This document shows positions 8,101 to 16,138 of a DNA stretch of 42,069 nucleotides, piece after piece. The stretch is from IMG/VR virus record IMGVR_UViG_3300032272_000032, positions 1-42,069 of that record; one strand, given 5' to 3'. The translations under genes and the position numbers were made by a program. The stretch's first letter is position 1. Every line of letters starts with the position of its first letter. The notes beneath the pieces were generated by a model. It saw nothing but the letters and a program-made list of their open reading frames with translations, ran no database searches and was not told where the DNA came from. This stretch comes from a virus (Duplodnaviria > Caudoviricetes).

Positions 8101-8988
8101 ATGACGTTCAAAGATTTTCGATTTGCTTTTGCTGTCCCTCAGATTCTTGCTTACGACGAAGACGTTGCTGATGTCGCTGACGTCGCTGATGACGTTGCTG
8201 ATGTCGCCGATGACACCAGCAGTGGTGATGACGCCGCCGCAAAGAAGAAGGAGGAGGAACAAGCAACTTTCACCCAGGACCAACTCAACAAGATTCTTGC
8301 TGAGGACCGTCGAAAGGAAGAGGCAAAGCGAGCCAAGGTTGGCGAGACTGCGAAGCAAATGGAAGCACGCCTGAAGAAGGCAATCGCGGACAACAAGAAC
8401 TCGGAAGAGTTGCGAGCGGCCCTCGCGAACGACCTCGAAGACTTGCGAGCTTCACAACGATCCGCTGAAGAGCAACGAGCATTTACGGCCAAGAAGGCTA
8501 AAGAAGCTCATGAATCAGAAGTCCAGCGTTTGGCTGATGAGGCCAAGCAATGGGAGAGCTTGTACAAGCGTGAAACAATCGAACGAACGTTGACGGACGC
8601 TGCTGTGGTTCACGACGCATACAGCCCAAATCAACTCGTCTCGCTTCTGCGGGACAAAACTGAAATGAAAGAGGAAAAGGACAGCGAGGGCAACCCCACT
8701 GGCCGACTTGTTCCTCTAACAGCCCTGGAAGTCAAAGGCGAAGATGGGTCTGTCCTGACAACCTGGAAGCCGCCTACTGAGGTAGTCGAGCTGATGAAGA
8801 ACGACCCCACGGACGAAAACAAAAACCTATTCCGAAATGCTGTGATTGCAGGTATTGGTGGAGGAACTGCAGCCTCCGGAGTCAAAGACGCTCGTACCGT
8901 CGATGGCAAAAAGATCAGCATGGACGACTTCGCGAAGCGATTCGAAGAGAACCCTGAGTCTCTTGGATTGGCTCCAAAACACTACTAA
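8101..8988 (+). CDS. Capsid scaffolding protein (alternative start 8095)
   Basis: Directly before the major capsid gene; acidic N-terminus, TFTQDQLNKIL motif, long coiled coil, C-terminal LF...GGG. Confidence 0.85.
   Translation: MTFKDFRFAFAVPQILAYDEDVADVADVADDVADVADDTSSGDDAAAKKKEEEQATFTQDQLNKILAEDRRKEEAKRAKVGETAKQMEARLKKAIADNKNSEELRAALANDLEDLRASQRSAEEQRAFTAKKAKEAHESEVQRLADEAKQWESLYKRETIERTLTDAAVVHDAYSPNQLVSLLRDKTEMKEEKDSEGNPTGRLVPLTALEVKGEDGSVLTTWKPPTEVVELMKNDPTDENKNLFRNAVIAGIGGGTAASGVKDARTVDGKKISMDDFAKRFEENPESLGLAPKHY
8161..8214 (+). repeat. Imperfect 9-nt coding repeat (DVA units) in the scaffold N-terminus
   Basis: GACGTTGCT GATGTCGCT GACGTCGCT GAT GACGTTGCT GATGTCGCC GATGAC. Confidence 0.8.
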
Positions 8989-9104
8989 ACCGAGTCTCTG
9001 TCTGTGAAACTTTGACTAGGCGAGGGTAGGCCCTTACCACCTGCGGTTATGCAGGGTTCAAACTTTTTTTCAAACAAACATCCTTTTCCATACCGGAGAA
9101 ACTT

Positions 9105-10529
9105 ATGAACACTAGCTACCTAATGGCAGCACCGCAGGTTTTGGCGTACGCAAACGACAACACTGCATCTATCGACGAGCACTGGGTTCGAACAACCTTG
9201 ATGTTCCTTCGTTCCAACATGGTCGCAGCCGCGCTTGTTAAGCGTGACTTCGAAGACATGATCCAATCGCACGGTGACATTGTCAACGTTCGACGACCAT
9301 CTGCCTTCAAGATGAAGCGGACACGTGACGGTCAGGCTCTTGAGACCCAAGACGCGACCAGCACAAAGATCCAGGTTCCCCTGGACCAGTGGGCGACTGT
9401 TTCGTTCTTGATCAACGACGGAGAAGCGAGCAAGTCGTTCGCTAACTTGTCGGAAGATTACCTTGAGCCAGCTGCTCTCGCCTTGGCGGAAGCTACTGAC
9501 CGAATCGTCCTTGGACAGGTTGCTCGATTGAGCACCTACACCTCGGGTGAGTTGGGAGCCATGACGGCTTCGAACGCTCAGCGTTTCTTGGTCGAGACCA
9601 ACAAGGTCCTTCAGGACAACAAGTGCCCAAAGGCTGGACGTCAGCTCATCCTTTCAACCAACGCCGAAGCTGCACTCTTGCAGTCGAGTGTCGTTGTTGA
9701 AGCGGACAAGCGTGGCGACGGCGGCGGAACGTTGGCGGAAGCTAACATCGGTCGCATCTACGGCATGACCACCTGGGTTGACCAGAACGTTAACTCTGTT
9801 GACGTTGCCGACGTTGCGAGCACTGCGTTCGTGCAGGGCGGAACTGCTCTTGCGAAGGGCGTAACAGTTATTCCTGCAACCGCGACTACCACTGGTCAGG
9901 TTGACGGAGAGTACATCGTGATCGAAGGCGAAGGCCACGCTCACGTCATCTCAGCCACCTCGGCTACTCCTGACGTCTTCACTTTGGTTGAAGCAACCAA
10001 GCGACCTATCGCTGCGGCTGCTGCAATCACTGTTTACGACTCGGGCATCGTCAAGGCCGGTAACAACTACGCTGTCGGTTACGACAACGAGATCCTCATT
10101 GACGGACTTGCCTCTGGCACAGTTCTTCAGGTTGGCCAGTTGTTGGCTCACGGAGTTGGAGCAGCCCGAAAGGTCTACACCATCACCGAGATCGACGAAG
10201 ATTTGGCTTACCCAACCGTTGACACCGAGGCAAGCGTTCAGTTGGACCGACCGCTGGAAACAGCAATGTCGGCTTCCGACGTGGTCTTCCCTGGCCCAGC
10301 CGGTGACATGAACGTTGCGTTCCACAAGGACGCGGTTGCTTTGGTTATCCGACCATTGGCAACGCCTTCGACTCAGCAGGCAGAAAGCTTCGTTGTAAGC
10401 TTCGGTGGCTTGTCCATCCGAATGACTTCGACGTACGACGGCTTGAACCAAGCTACACGTATCACCCTTGATATGTTGTGCGGAGTTCAGATCCTCAACA
10501 CCAAGCTCGCTTGCGTGATGTACAGCTAA
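9105..10529 (+). CDS. Major capsid protein, P22 coat (gp5)-like HK97 fold with a large insertion
   Basis: AN...I-x-E-x-W...V-x-RDFE...GD-x-VNVRRP N-terminus; G-x-IGRIYG-like ANIGRIYGMTTW; C-terminal AFHKDAVALVIRPL and LDMLCGV; followed by a terminator. Confidence 0.92.
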   Translation: MNTSYLMAAPQVLAYANDNTASIDEHWVRTTLMFLRSNMVAAALVKRDFEDMIQSHGDIVNVRRPSAFKMKRTRDGQALETQDATSTKIQVPLDQWATVSFLINDGEASKSFANLSEDYLEPAALALAEATDRIVLGQVARLSTYTSGELGAMTASNAQRFLVETNKVLQDNKCPKAGRQLILSTNAEAALLQSSVVVEADKRGDGGGTLAEANIGRIYGMTTWVDQNVNSVDVADVASTAFVQGGTALAKGVTVIPATATTTGQVDGEYIVIEGEGHAHVISATSATPDVFTLVEATKRPIAAAAAITVYDSGIVKAGNNYAVGYDNEILIDGLASGTVLQVGQLLAHGVGAARKVYTITEIDEDLAYPTVDTEASVQLDRPLETAMSASDVVFPGPAGDMNVAFHKDAVALVIRPLATPSTQQAESFVVSFGGLSIRMTSTYDGLNQATRITLDMLCGVQILNTKLACVMYS

Positions 10530-10555
10530 GCGTTGCTTAGTTGAACGACAATTAC

Positions 10556-10601
10556 CCGATTGGTCCTGCCCTTCGCGGGGCGGGACCTCTCGGTTTTCTT
10601 T
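10556..10601 (+). terminator. Rho-independent terminator after the capsid gene
   Basis: GGTCCTGCCC/GGGCGGGACC stem, outer CCGA/TCGG pair, then TTTTCTTT. Confidence 0.75.
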
Positions 10602-10618
10602 CACCTGGAGACAGCTCA

Positions 10619-10906
10619 ATGGAACAACCCAATCAAATCGTCGCTGACGCTAATCTAGTCCCAAAGGGCTATAACCAGTTGACCACTCTATCAGCAGCCG
10701 TAAGCGTTCCCGGATCGGGCCGTATCTGCTGGCTGATCCCCGAAACACAAGCTGTCCGCATCCGAGATGACGGGACAGACCCAACAACCACTGTCGGCTT
10801 TTTGATCCCGGCTGGTGTTTGTTTCAAATACAACGGTGACGTCACCAAGCTGAAGGTCATCGAGGCCGCAGCCAGTGCCACCCTCAACGTCTTGTCCTAT
10901 GAATAA
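10619..10906 (+). CDS. Small virion protein (possible head decoration)
   Basis: GGAG SD before ATG 10619; VRIRDDGTDPT...G motif; beta-rich, 95 aa. Confidence 0.7.
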   Translation: MEQPNQIVADANLVPKGYNQLTTLSAAVSVPGSGRICWLIPETQAVRIRDDGTDPTTTVGFLIPAGVCFKYNGDVTKLKVIEAAASATLNVLSYE

Positions 10907-11565
10907 TGGAATGTATCCACTCACCGTACGAAGGCACTGCAGACAGTGCTAAGTTAATCACACACCGGCTGGGCCTCCAGTCGGTTGTGAATGTGGATTA
11001 CTGCCCTGTGCTTGCTCAATCGTTGGGCATCAGCCAAACAGTTCTTGGAATTGCCTTCGGCAACGTCGCCTCGACTCTGAGCTTGACTCAGACAGTCACT
11101 CCCCAACATGCCGTGCCCTGGCCGGCCTCAAGTGCTCTTGGAATCACACAAACAGTGGTTCACGCGGGCTCATTTGGTGGAGGCGGAGTCGGCGGAGTTG
11201 TGCCATGCACAGCTATCTTTGACAGTGCTGCTGTCGAAGGCCAGCCTGTTTATGTCGTGAGTGACACGAATGTCGATCTAGCCGACAACGTCACGAACTA
11301 CTCAGTCATTGGTCTCGCCAATGAAGATGTCACGTCCGGAGCTTCCGGCGACTACATCACAGAAGGAACGATCACCAAGTCCGATTGGACAACTGTTGTA
11401 GGGACGACCAACCTAACCCCAGGAGCAGTGTATTACCTAGACTCTGTTGCCGGGAAGTTGACTTCGACTCCAACGACAACAGTTGGCCAACACGTTGTGG
11501 CTGTCGCGCGAGCGGCGTCTGCAACTAAACTTGACATCGAAATTGCGGAGCCGATTCTTCTATAA
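10906..11565 (+). CDS. Structural protein: repeat stalk plus DUF2190/capsid-cement-like C-terminal domain
   Basis: (Q/S)xLGIxQTV-type repeats, Gly hinge, then GQPVYV...IGLA...G...LTPGAVYYL...GKLT...VAVARA. Confidence 0.65.
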   Translation: MECIHSPYEGTADSAKLITHRLGLQSVVNVDYCPVLAQSLGISQTVLGIAFGNVASTLSLTQTVTPQHAVPWPASSALGITQTVVHAGSFGGGGVGGVVPCTAIFDSAAVEGQPVYVVSDTNVDLADNVTNYSVIGLANEDVTSGASGDYITEGTITKSDWTTVVGTTNLTPGAVYYLDSVAGKLTSTPTTTVGQHVVAVARAASATKLDIEIAEPILL

Positions 11566-12176
11566 TGGCACTCACATCAGTTCTAGGTACGAGCGAAGCT
11601 TCCCTCGCGTTTGAGATGACGGCGGGCTTTAACGCCGACACCTCTACCATTGAGAACCCGTCGAGCACGCTGGCTATGACGTCGGTGGCGACCAATACTG
11701 TCACCAGCATTTTCATCTTGGAATCCGCCTCATCGGTCATGTCACTTTCGAGTGTCGCGACCCTGAACCTGGAGATCTCGCAAGTCCTTGAGTCAGCGAT
11801 GACTCTGACAAGTGTCGCTACGTTCCTCGCTGTGCCAGATGCTCCTGTTCCTCCCTTGATCATTGTCGATGGCAAGGTTCAACAAGGGAACAACATCAAG
11901 CAGTCGGGAGTGCGCCACACCCGGTTCACTGCTGTTGACTACACGGTCACGGCGGATGACTCAATCATTGTTTGTACTGCGGCCCTGACGATCACGCTGA
12001 TCGACGCTGCTCTTGTCTTCGGCAAGGAGTATGACATCAAAAGCCGCTTCGCAGGAACCATCATCGTTGATGGTGACGGTTCTCAACTTATCGATGACGA
12101 CTTGATTCAGAGCCTGACCACCAAAAACGACTCCATCACTGTCTCGTCCATCGGGACGGGCTGGATCATTCTGTAG
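11565..12176 (+). CDS. Fibre-like structural protein
   Basis: About 19-aa SSxxxLxSVAT repeats, then a DYTVTADD...TITL...IK...ID...W fibre-type beta domain. Confidence 0.65.
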   Translation: MALTSVLGTSEASLAFEMTAGFNADTSTIENPSSTLAMTSVATNTVTSIFILESASSVMSLSSVATLNLEISQVLESAMTLTSVATFLAVPDAPVPPLIIVDGKVQQGNNIKQSGVRHTRFTAVDYTVTADDSIIVCTAALTITLIDAALVFGKEYDIKSRFAGTIIVDGDGSQLIDDDLIQSLTTKNDSITVSSIGTGWIIL

Positions 12177-12187
12177 AACAGGAACCA

Positions 12188-12721
12188 ATGAGACGCTCTA
12201 ACCCAAAAACTTTCGTCAAGCAAGTAATCGGTTCGCTCAAGAAGCAACACGGTTGCTCGGTCCAAGTCTACAAGATGACTTCTTCGGACCTGAATCGAAA
12301 GACCGGCGTACGAACCTCAGCTTCCACCTCGATTGAAGTCGATAATTGCATCGTGCTTCCGGCCAAAGTGACCTCACAAGTCACACAATCGATCTCCTAC
12401 ATTTCAGCGTCCAAACCATTCATCATGGGCGGCCAGTTCGTCGCGGGCAAGAGAAACTTCATCTTCGATTTCGAAGAGCGACGAGGCATCCCGTTCGATT
12501 ACGAATGGAGCCTGTCCGACTGGATCATCGTTGACGATCCAGCAGTTGGTCGCCTTGAGCGATACGACGTCGAGTCATTTGAAGAGTTGTTCTTCGGGTC
12601 AGGTTGGATGGTTACAGGAAACAAGATCGCCGGAGTGACGCCTCAACGATCCGTGAAGGAGAATCTCACAGACACCCTTCAACTTCGAGTTGGACACAGC
12701 GTAGGATTCACCATCGAATGA
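12188..12721 (+). CDS. Putative head closure/neck protein
   Basis: AGGA SD; size and position between head and tail genes; beta-rich. Confidence 0.55.
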   Translation: MRRSNPKTFVKQVIGSLKKQHGCSVQVYKMTSSDLNRKTGVRTSASTSIEVDNCIVLPAKVTSQVTQSISYISASKPFIMGGQFVAGKRNFIFDFEERRGIPFDYEWSLSDWIIVDDPAVGRLERYDVESFEELFFGSGWMVTGNKIAGVTPQRSVKENLTDTLQLRVGHSVGFTIE

Positions 12722-13218
12722 CATTGCAAACAACCAACCCACACATGCCTCGCTGGATCGTCGCCTCAATGACGGACTGGTTTGAGAACACCGTAAACGC
12801 AAGCATCACGTCGGCTCCCGAATTTGACGTCACAGGTTACGACCTGAAAGAGGGCGAAGAAGAGCGAGACCATATTGAGATGCGAATCCAGGGACCTTAT
12901 CTCAAGGACAACCCAGGATGGGAAGTTCACGAAGTTCCAATTAACTTCCTGATGACCTTCCGACAAGATGAAGTCAAAGACCCTTACACCCTCGACCGGT
13001 GGCTAGGCGTCTACCAAGAAGCTTTGAGAAAACCCCTACTTGTGAATCGTTGCGGCAACGGGCCGGACGATGACGACAGCCTGATTGGTTGTCTGGGGCC
13101 AAAGCGATCCAAGAGAGAGTTCCTACGAGTAGACCGATACGGTTACGTCAAGAACGGAACCAACATCCAACAGGCAACTGTTGGCGGCGTACTCGACATG
13201 TGGATTCCTTGGGTCTAA
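12718..13218 (+). CDS. Putative tail terminator/completion protein
   Basis: ATGA overlap at 12718-12721; immediately before the tail-tube genes. Call is positional. Confidence 0.55.
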   Translation: MTLQTTNPHMPRWIVASMTDWFENTVNASITSAPEFDVTGYDLKEGEEERDHIEMRIQGPYLKDNPGWEVHEVPINFLMTFRQDEVKDPYTLDRWLGVYQEALRKPLLVNRCGNGPDDDDSLIGCLGPKRSKREFLRVDRYGYVKNGTNIQQATVGGVLDMWIPWV

Positions 13219-13326
13219 ACGAACACGGGATACTAGCAACCCAGAAGCCGCTCTGTTCACAGCAGAACAACATCAGAAGCTAGGTTACACTGTTAGCTAA
13301 CAAATTCCCTACGAGGTAAACATCAA

Positions 13327-14106
13327 ATGGCACGAATCGAATTGAAAAATTCGCCGATCTACTTGCGTGATGGTTTGGCTGGTACTGGAGCAATCAACGA
13401 GCCTGCTACCGCACCGGTAGCAACTGACACTGAGTTTGATCTCGACACCGTCGCGCTCAACACAACCGACGTGGACCTTGTTCCTGTCGGAGCTTTGTTC
13501 ACAGTAGCCGGAGAGACTGATGCAACTCAGACTCACGTGGTCACTGCTCGCACACCTGCGTCCACTAGCCCAACAACCAACATCGTCTTCTCACCTGCTC
13601 TTGGAGCCGGTACGTATGCCGATGGCGGAGCAATCACGTTCGCCCCACACCTTCTGTACATTCAGATTGGTGACGGCAACCTAACATTCACCGAAACTGT
13701 AGAACGAATCTACGACCGCGACCGAGGTATTCTCGACACGGTACGAAACGGTGACGAACAACCCCTTGAGTTGAGCCTTGAGTTCACTTACGTTTTCGTT
13801 ACACAAGAAACTGGCAAAGTTGTGACTCCGGTCGATGCTTTGAAGCAACTTGGTGACGCGGCTGAGTGGGTCTCCTCAGACTCAGACCAGTGTGCTCCGT
13901 ACGCTCTCAATGTCGAACTTCGACACTGCTTGCCTTGCGGAACGGATCAGGACGAGAAGCTTGTCTTCGCGGACTTCCGATATGAGACACTGGAATACGA
14001 TCTGCAAGAAGCGACTATCGCTGTTGCCGGTCGATGCAATGTGACTGACGCTGTCGCTACGCGACTCGCAAGTCTTGACTGCCCAGTAACCAACCCAATC
14101 GCCTAA
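13327..14106 (+). CDS. Major tail tube protein, copy A
   Basis: Precedes the tail chaperone and tape measure; acidic, beta-rich; GAGG SD; near-identical core to the next gene. Confidence 0.75.
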   Translation: MARIELKNSPIYLRDGLAGTGAINEPATAPVATDTEFDLDTVALNTTDVDLVPVGALFTVAGETDATQTHVVTARTPASTSPTTNIVFSPALGAGTYADGGAITFAPHLLYIQIGDGNLTFTETVERIYDRDRGILDTVRNGDEQPLELSLEFTYVFVTQETGKVVTPVDALKQLGDAAEWVSSDSDQCAPYALNVELRHCLPCGTDQDEKLVFADFRYETLEYDLQEATIAVAGRCNVTDAVATRLASLDCPVTNPIA

Positions 14107-14117
14107 AGGAGACTACC

Positions 14118-14885
14118 TTGGCACGAATTGAACTGAAAAACAGCCCGATCTATCTTCGGGACGGTTTGTCGGGGACAGCGGCGAACAACCTCGTCACCAT
14201 TGACGGTGACACTGACATGGACGTCCTGTCGGTAGCTTTGAACACGACTGTAGCGGACCAAATTCCCGTTGGAGCTACGTTCACTGTTGCGGGCGAGGCC
14301 ACTGCTAATGTCCACACGGTCACTGACCGTGACCCGAACTCCGGAACCACGACGAACATTTTGTTCACCCCAGCACTGGACGGCGTTATCTCCGACACTG
14401 CTGTGATCACGTTTGCTCCTCACCTTCTGTACATTCAGATTGGTGACGGCAACTTGACCTTTACTGAAACCGTTGAGCGAATCTACGACCGCGACCGAGG
14501 TATCCTCGATACAGTCCGGAACGGCGATGAGCAACCTCTTGAACTCAGCCTTGAGTTCACGTATGTGTTCGTAACACAAGAGACCGACAAAGTTGTAACA
14601 CCTGTTGACGCCCTAAAACAGCTAGGTGACGCAGCGGAGTGGGTTTCTTCAGACTCTGATCAGTGTGCTCCGTACGCTATCAACGTCGAGTTGCGGCACT
14701 GTCTCCCATGTGGAACCGACCAAGACGAAAAGCTCGTCTTCGCCGACTTCCGTTACGAGACCTTGGAGTACGACCTCCAAGAGGCAACAATCGCTGTTGC
14801 TGGCCGGTGCAATGTCACCGACGCAGTAGCGACTCGACTGGCGTCGTTGGATTGTCCTGTGACAAACCCAATCGACATCACTTAA
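14118..14885 (+). CDS. Major tail tube protein, copy B (TTG start)
   Basis: AAGGAG SD plus TTG; same N-terminal ARIELKNSPIYLRDGL and C-terminal core as copy A. Confidence 0.75.
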   Translation: MARIELKNSPIYLRDGLSGTAANNLVTIDGDTDMDVLSVALNTTVADQIPVGATFTVAGEATANVHTVTDRDPNSGTTTNILFTPALDGVISDTAVITFAPHLLYIQIGDGNLTFTETVERIYDRDRGILDTVRNGDEQPLELSLEFTYVFVTQETDKVVTPVDALKQLGDAAEWVSSDSDQCAPYAINVELRHCLPCGTDQDEKLVFADFRYETLEYDLQEATIAVAGRCNVTDAVATRLASLDCPVTNPIDIT

Positions 14886-14898
14886 TCTTTTCCTGGTT

Positions 14899-14931
14899 CC
14901 GCCCTTCGGGGCGGTCCCTTCTTTTCTTTTT
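14899..14931 (+). terminator. Rho-independent terminator after the tail tube genes
   Basis: CCGCCC-TTCG-GGGCGG followed by a long pyrimidine/U tract. Confidence 0.8.
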
Positions 14932-14951
14932 ATCTGTGAGAGGGTAAAACA

Positions 14952-15491
14952 ATGGCGTTGAATATCGGCGGACAAACTATCGACGGACCTTCGGAAGAAA
15001 TCCTGGTCCTACCACGATCAAATGGAGACCTAGTCATCACCGCGCGAGCTGTGTTGAGTATGGAAGACTTCGACCGCTACGTGCGGCAACCAAAAGCCAA
15101 GCGAGCTTTCGTGAAGGGTAAAGGCAACGTTCTGTTGACCGAAGACCCTGGATTTGTGAAAGAGATGGAAACCTATGGCGAGAAGCGATTCGCGTTCATG
15201 GCTATCAAGTCTCTTGAGCCTTCGGAAATCGAATGGCAAACAGTCAAGCTGGAAGAGCCAGCAACCTGGGTCAATTGGACCAAGGAACTCTCAGACGCTG
15301 GCCTCAGCGAATTTGAAGTTCAGCGGATCGTTGTCTGTGTCATGCAGGCCAACTCGCTCGACGAAGCCAAACTCAAAGAAGCCCGAGCGGCTTTTCTACG
15401 TGGGTTGGAGGAGGCAGCGGAAAAATCCTCTGGCCCAGATACCGAACAGGGGAATACGCCATCTGGTCAGCCTGCGAGCGATTCAGAGTAA
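14952..15491 (+). CDS. Tail assembly chaperone (gpG-like)
   Basis: Between tail tube and tape measure; overlapped at its 3' end by an open -1 frame. Confidence 0.75.
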   Translation: MALNIGGQTIDGPSEEILVLPRSNGDLVITARAVLSMEDFDRYVRQPKAKRAFVKGKGNVLLTEDPGFVKEMETYGEKRFAFMAIKSLEPSEIEWQTVKLEEPATWVNWTKELSDAGLSEFEVQRIVVCVMQANSLDEAKLKEARAAFLRGLEEAAEKSSGPDTEQGNTPSGQPASDSE

Positions 15492-15625
15492 ACCCGCCGG
15501 GGATCAACGTCCCCGGAATGGTGAACTGGGACGAACTGGACGTCTGGTCCCAAGCCAAGCTCATCGAATATGATCGAGTCAGATCGTACGATGAGTCAGG
15601 TGGCGATCAGGCTCCTAAACCTTAA
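15392..15625 (+). CDS. -1 frameshift extension of the tail chaperone (gpGT-like); not in the ORF track
   Basis: -1 frame reads ...ILWPRYRTGEYAIWSACERFRVNPPGINVPGMVNWDELDVWSQAKLIEYDRVRSYDESGGDQAPKP, stop 15623-15625. It fills the gap to the next gene. Confidence 0.7.
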   Translation, partial: FSTWVGGGSGKILWPRYRTGEYAIWSACERFRVNPPGINVPGMVNWDELDVWSQAKLIEYDRVRSYDESGGDQAPKP

Positions 15626-15640
15626 CCAGAGAGATACGCA

Positions 15641-16138
15641 ATGGGCATCCGGAAGAAATTCAGCTTGCAGTCGGTGAATATCGACATCAATGCTTGGAAC
15701 CGCCAAATGCGTAAAGACATGGAAGAAGAGATCAAGGACGCGGGCCGAGATTGGCTCGCGACCGTGATCGCCATCGTTCCTGTCTGGTCAAGGGCTTCTC
15801 ACGCCACTTTCTCACACCTCGCGGACGCGGTGGGGTTCAGCATCCCAACACAACCCCTAGTTGCTAAGAAAGATCGCAGCGGTCTCGGACGAAGCGAAAG
15901 TAGCGGTGGTCTAGAAATCACCAAGAATACTTTCCACTTCACTTATGAGACGAGCTTGCGGTATCTCGCGTTCAACGAGTTCAACCACGCGGAGTTCCCT
16001 CACGGAGGAATCTTCTCGCCGACCGGCCTCAAGACACCGACGCCGTTCAACTTCACCGGCAAAGCCGCTGAACAGTTTAAGGAGCGGACTCCTGAACTCA
16101 CCAATCCATTCAATTTCATTAAGGGAAGAAAACTGTAA
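15641..16138 (+). CDS. Putative tail completion/neck protein (HK97 gp10-like)
   Basis: Helical N-terminus, VPVWS...S, LRYL-x-FNE motifs reminiscent of gp10-like PV-x-TG...Y-x-x-x-x-E. Confidence 0.5.
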   Translation: MGIRKKFSLQSVNIDINAWNRQMRKDMEEEIKDAGRDWLATVIAIVPVWSRASHATFSHLADAVGFSIPTQPLVAKKDRSGLGRSESSGGLEITKNTFHFTYETSLRYLAFNEFNHAEFPHGGIFSPTGLKTPTPFNFTGKAAEQFKERTPELTNPFNFIKGRKL

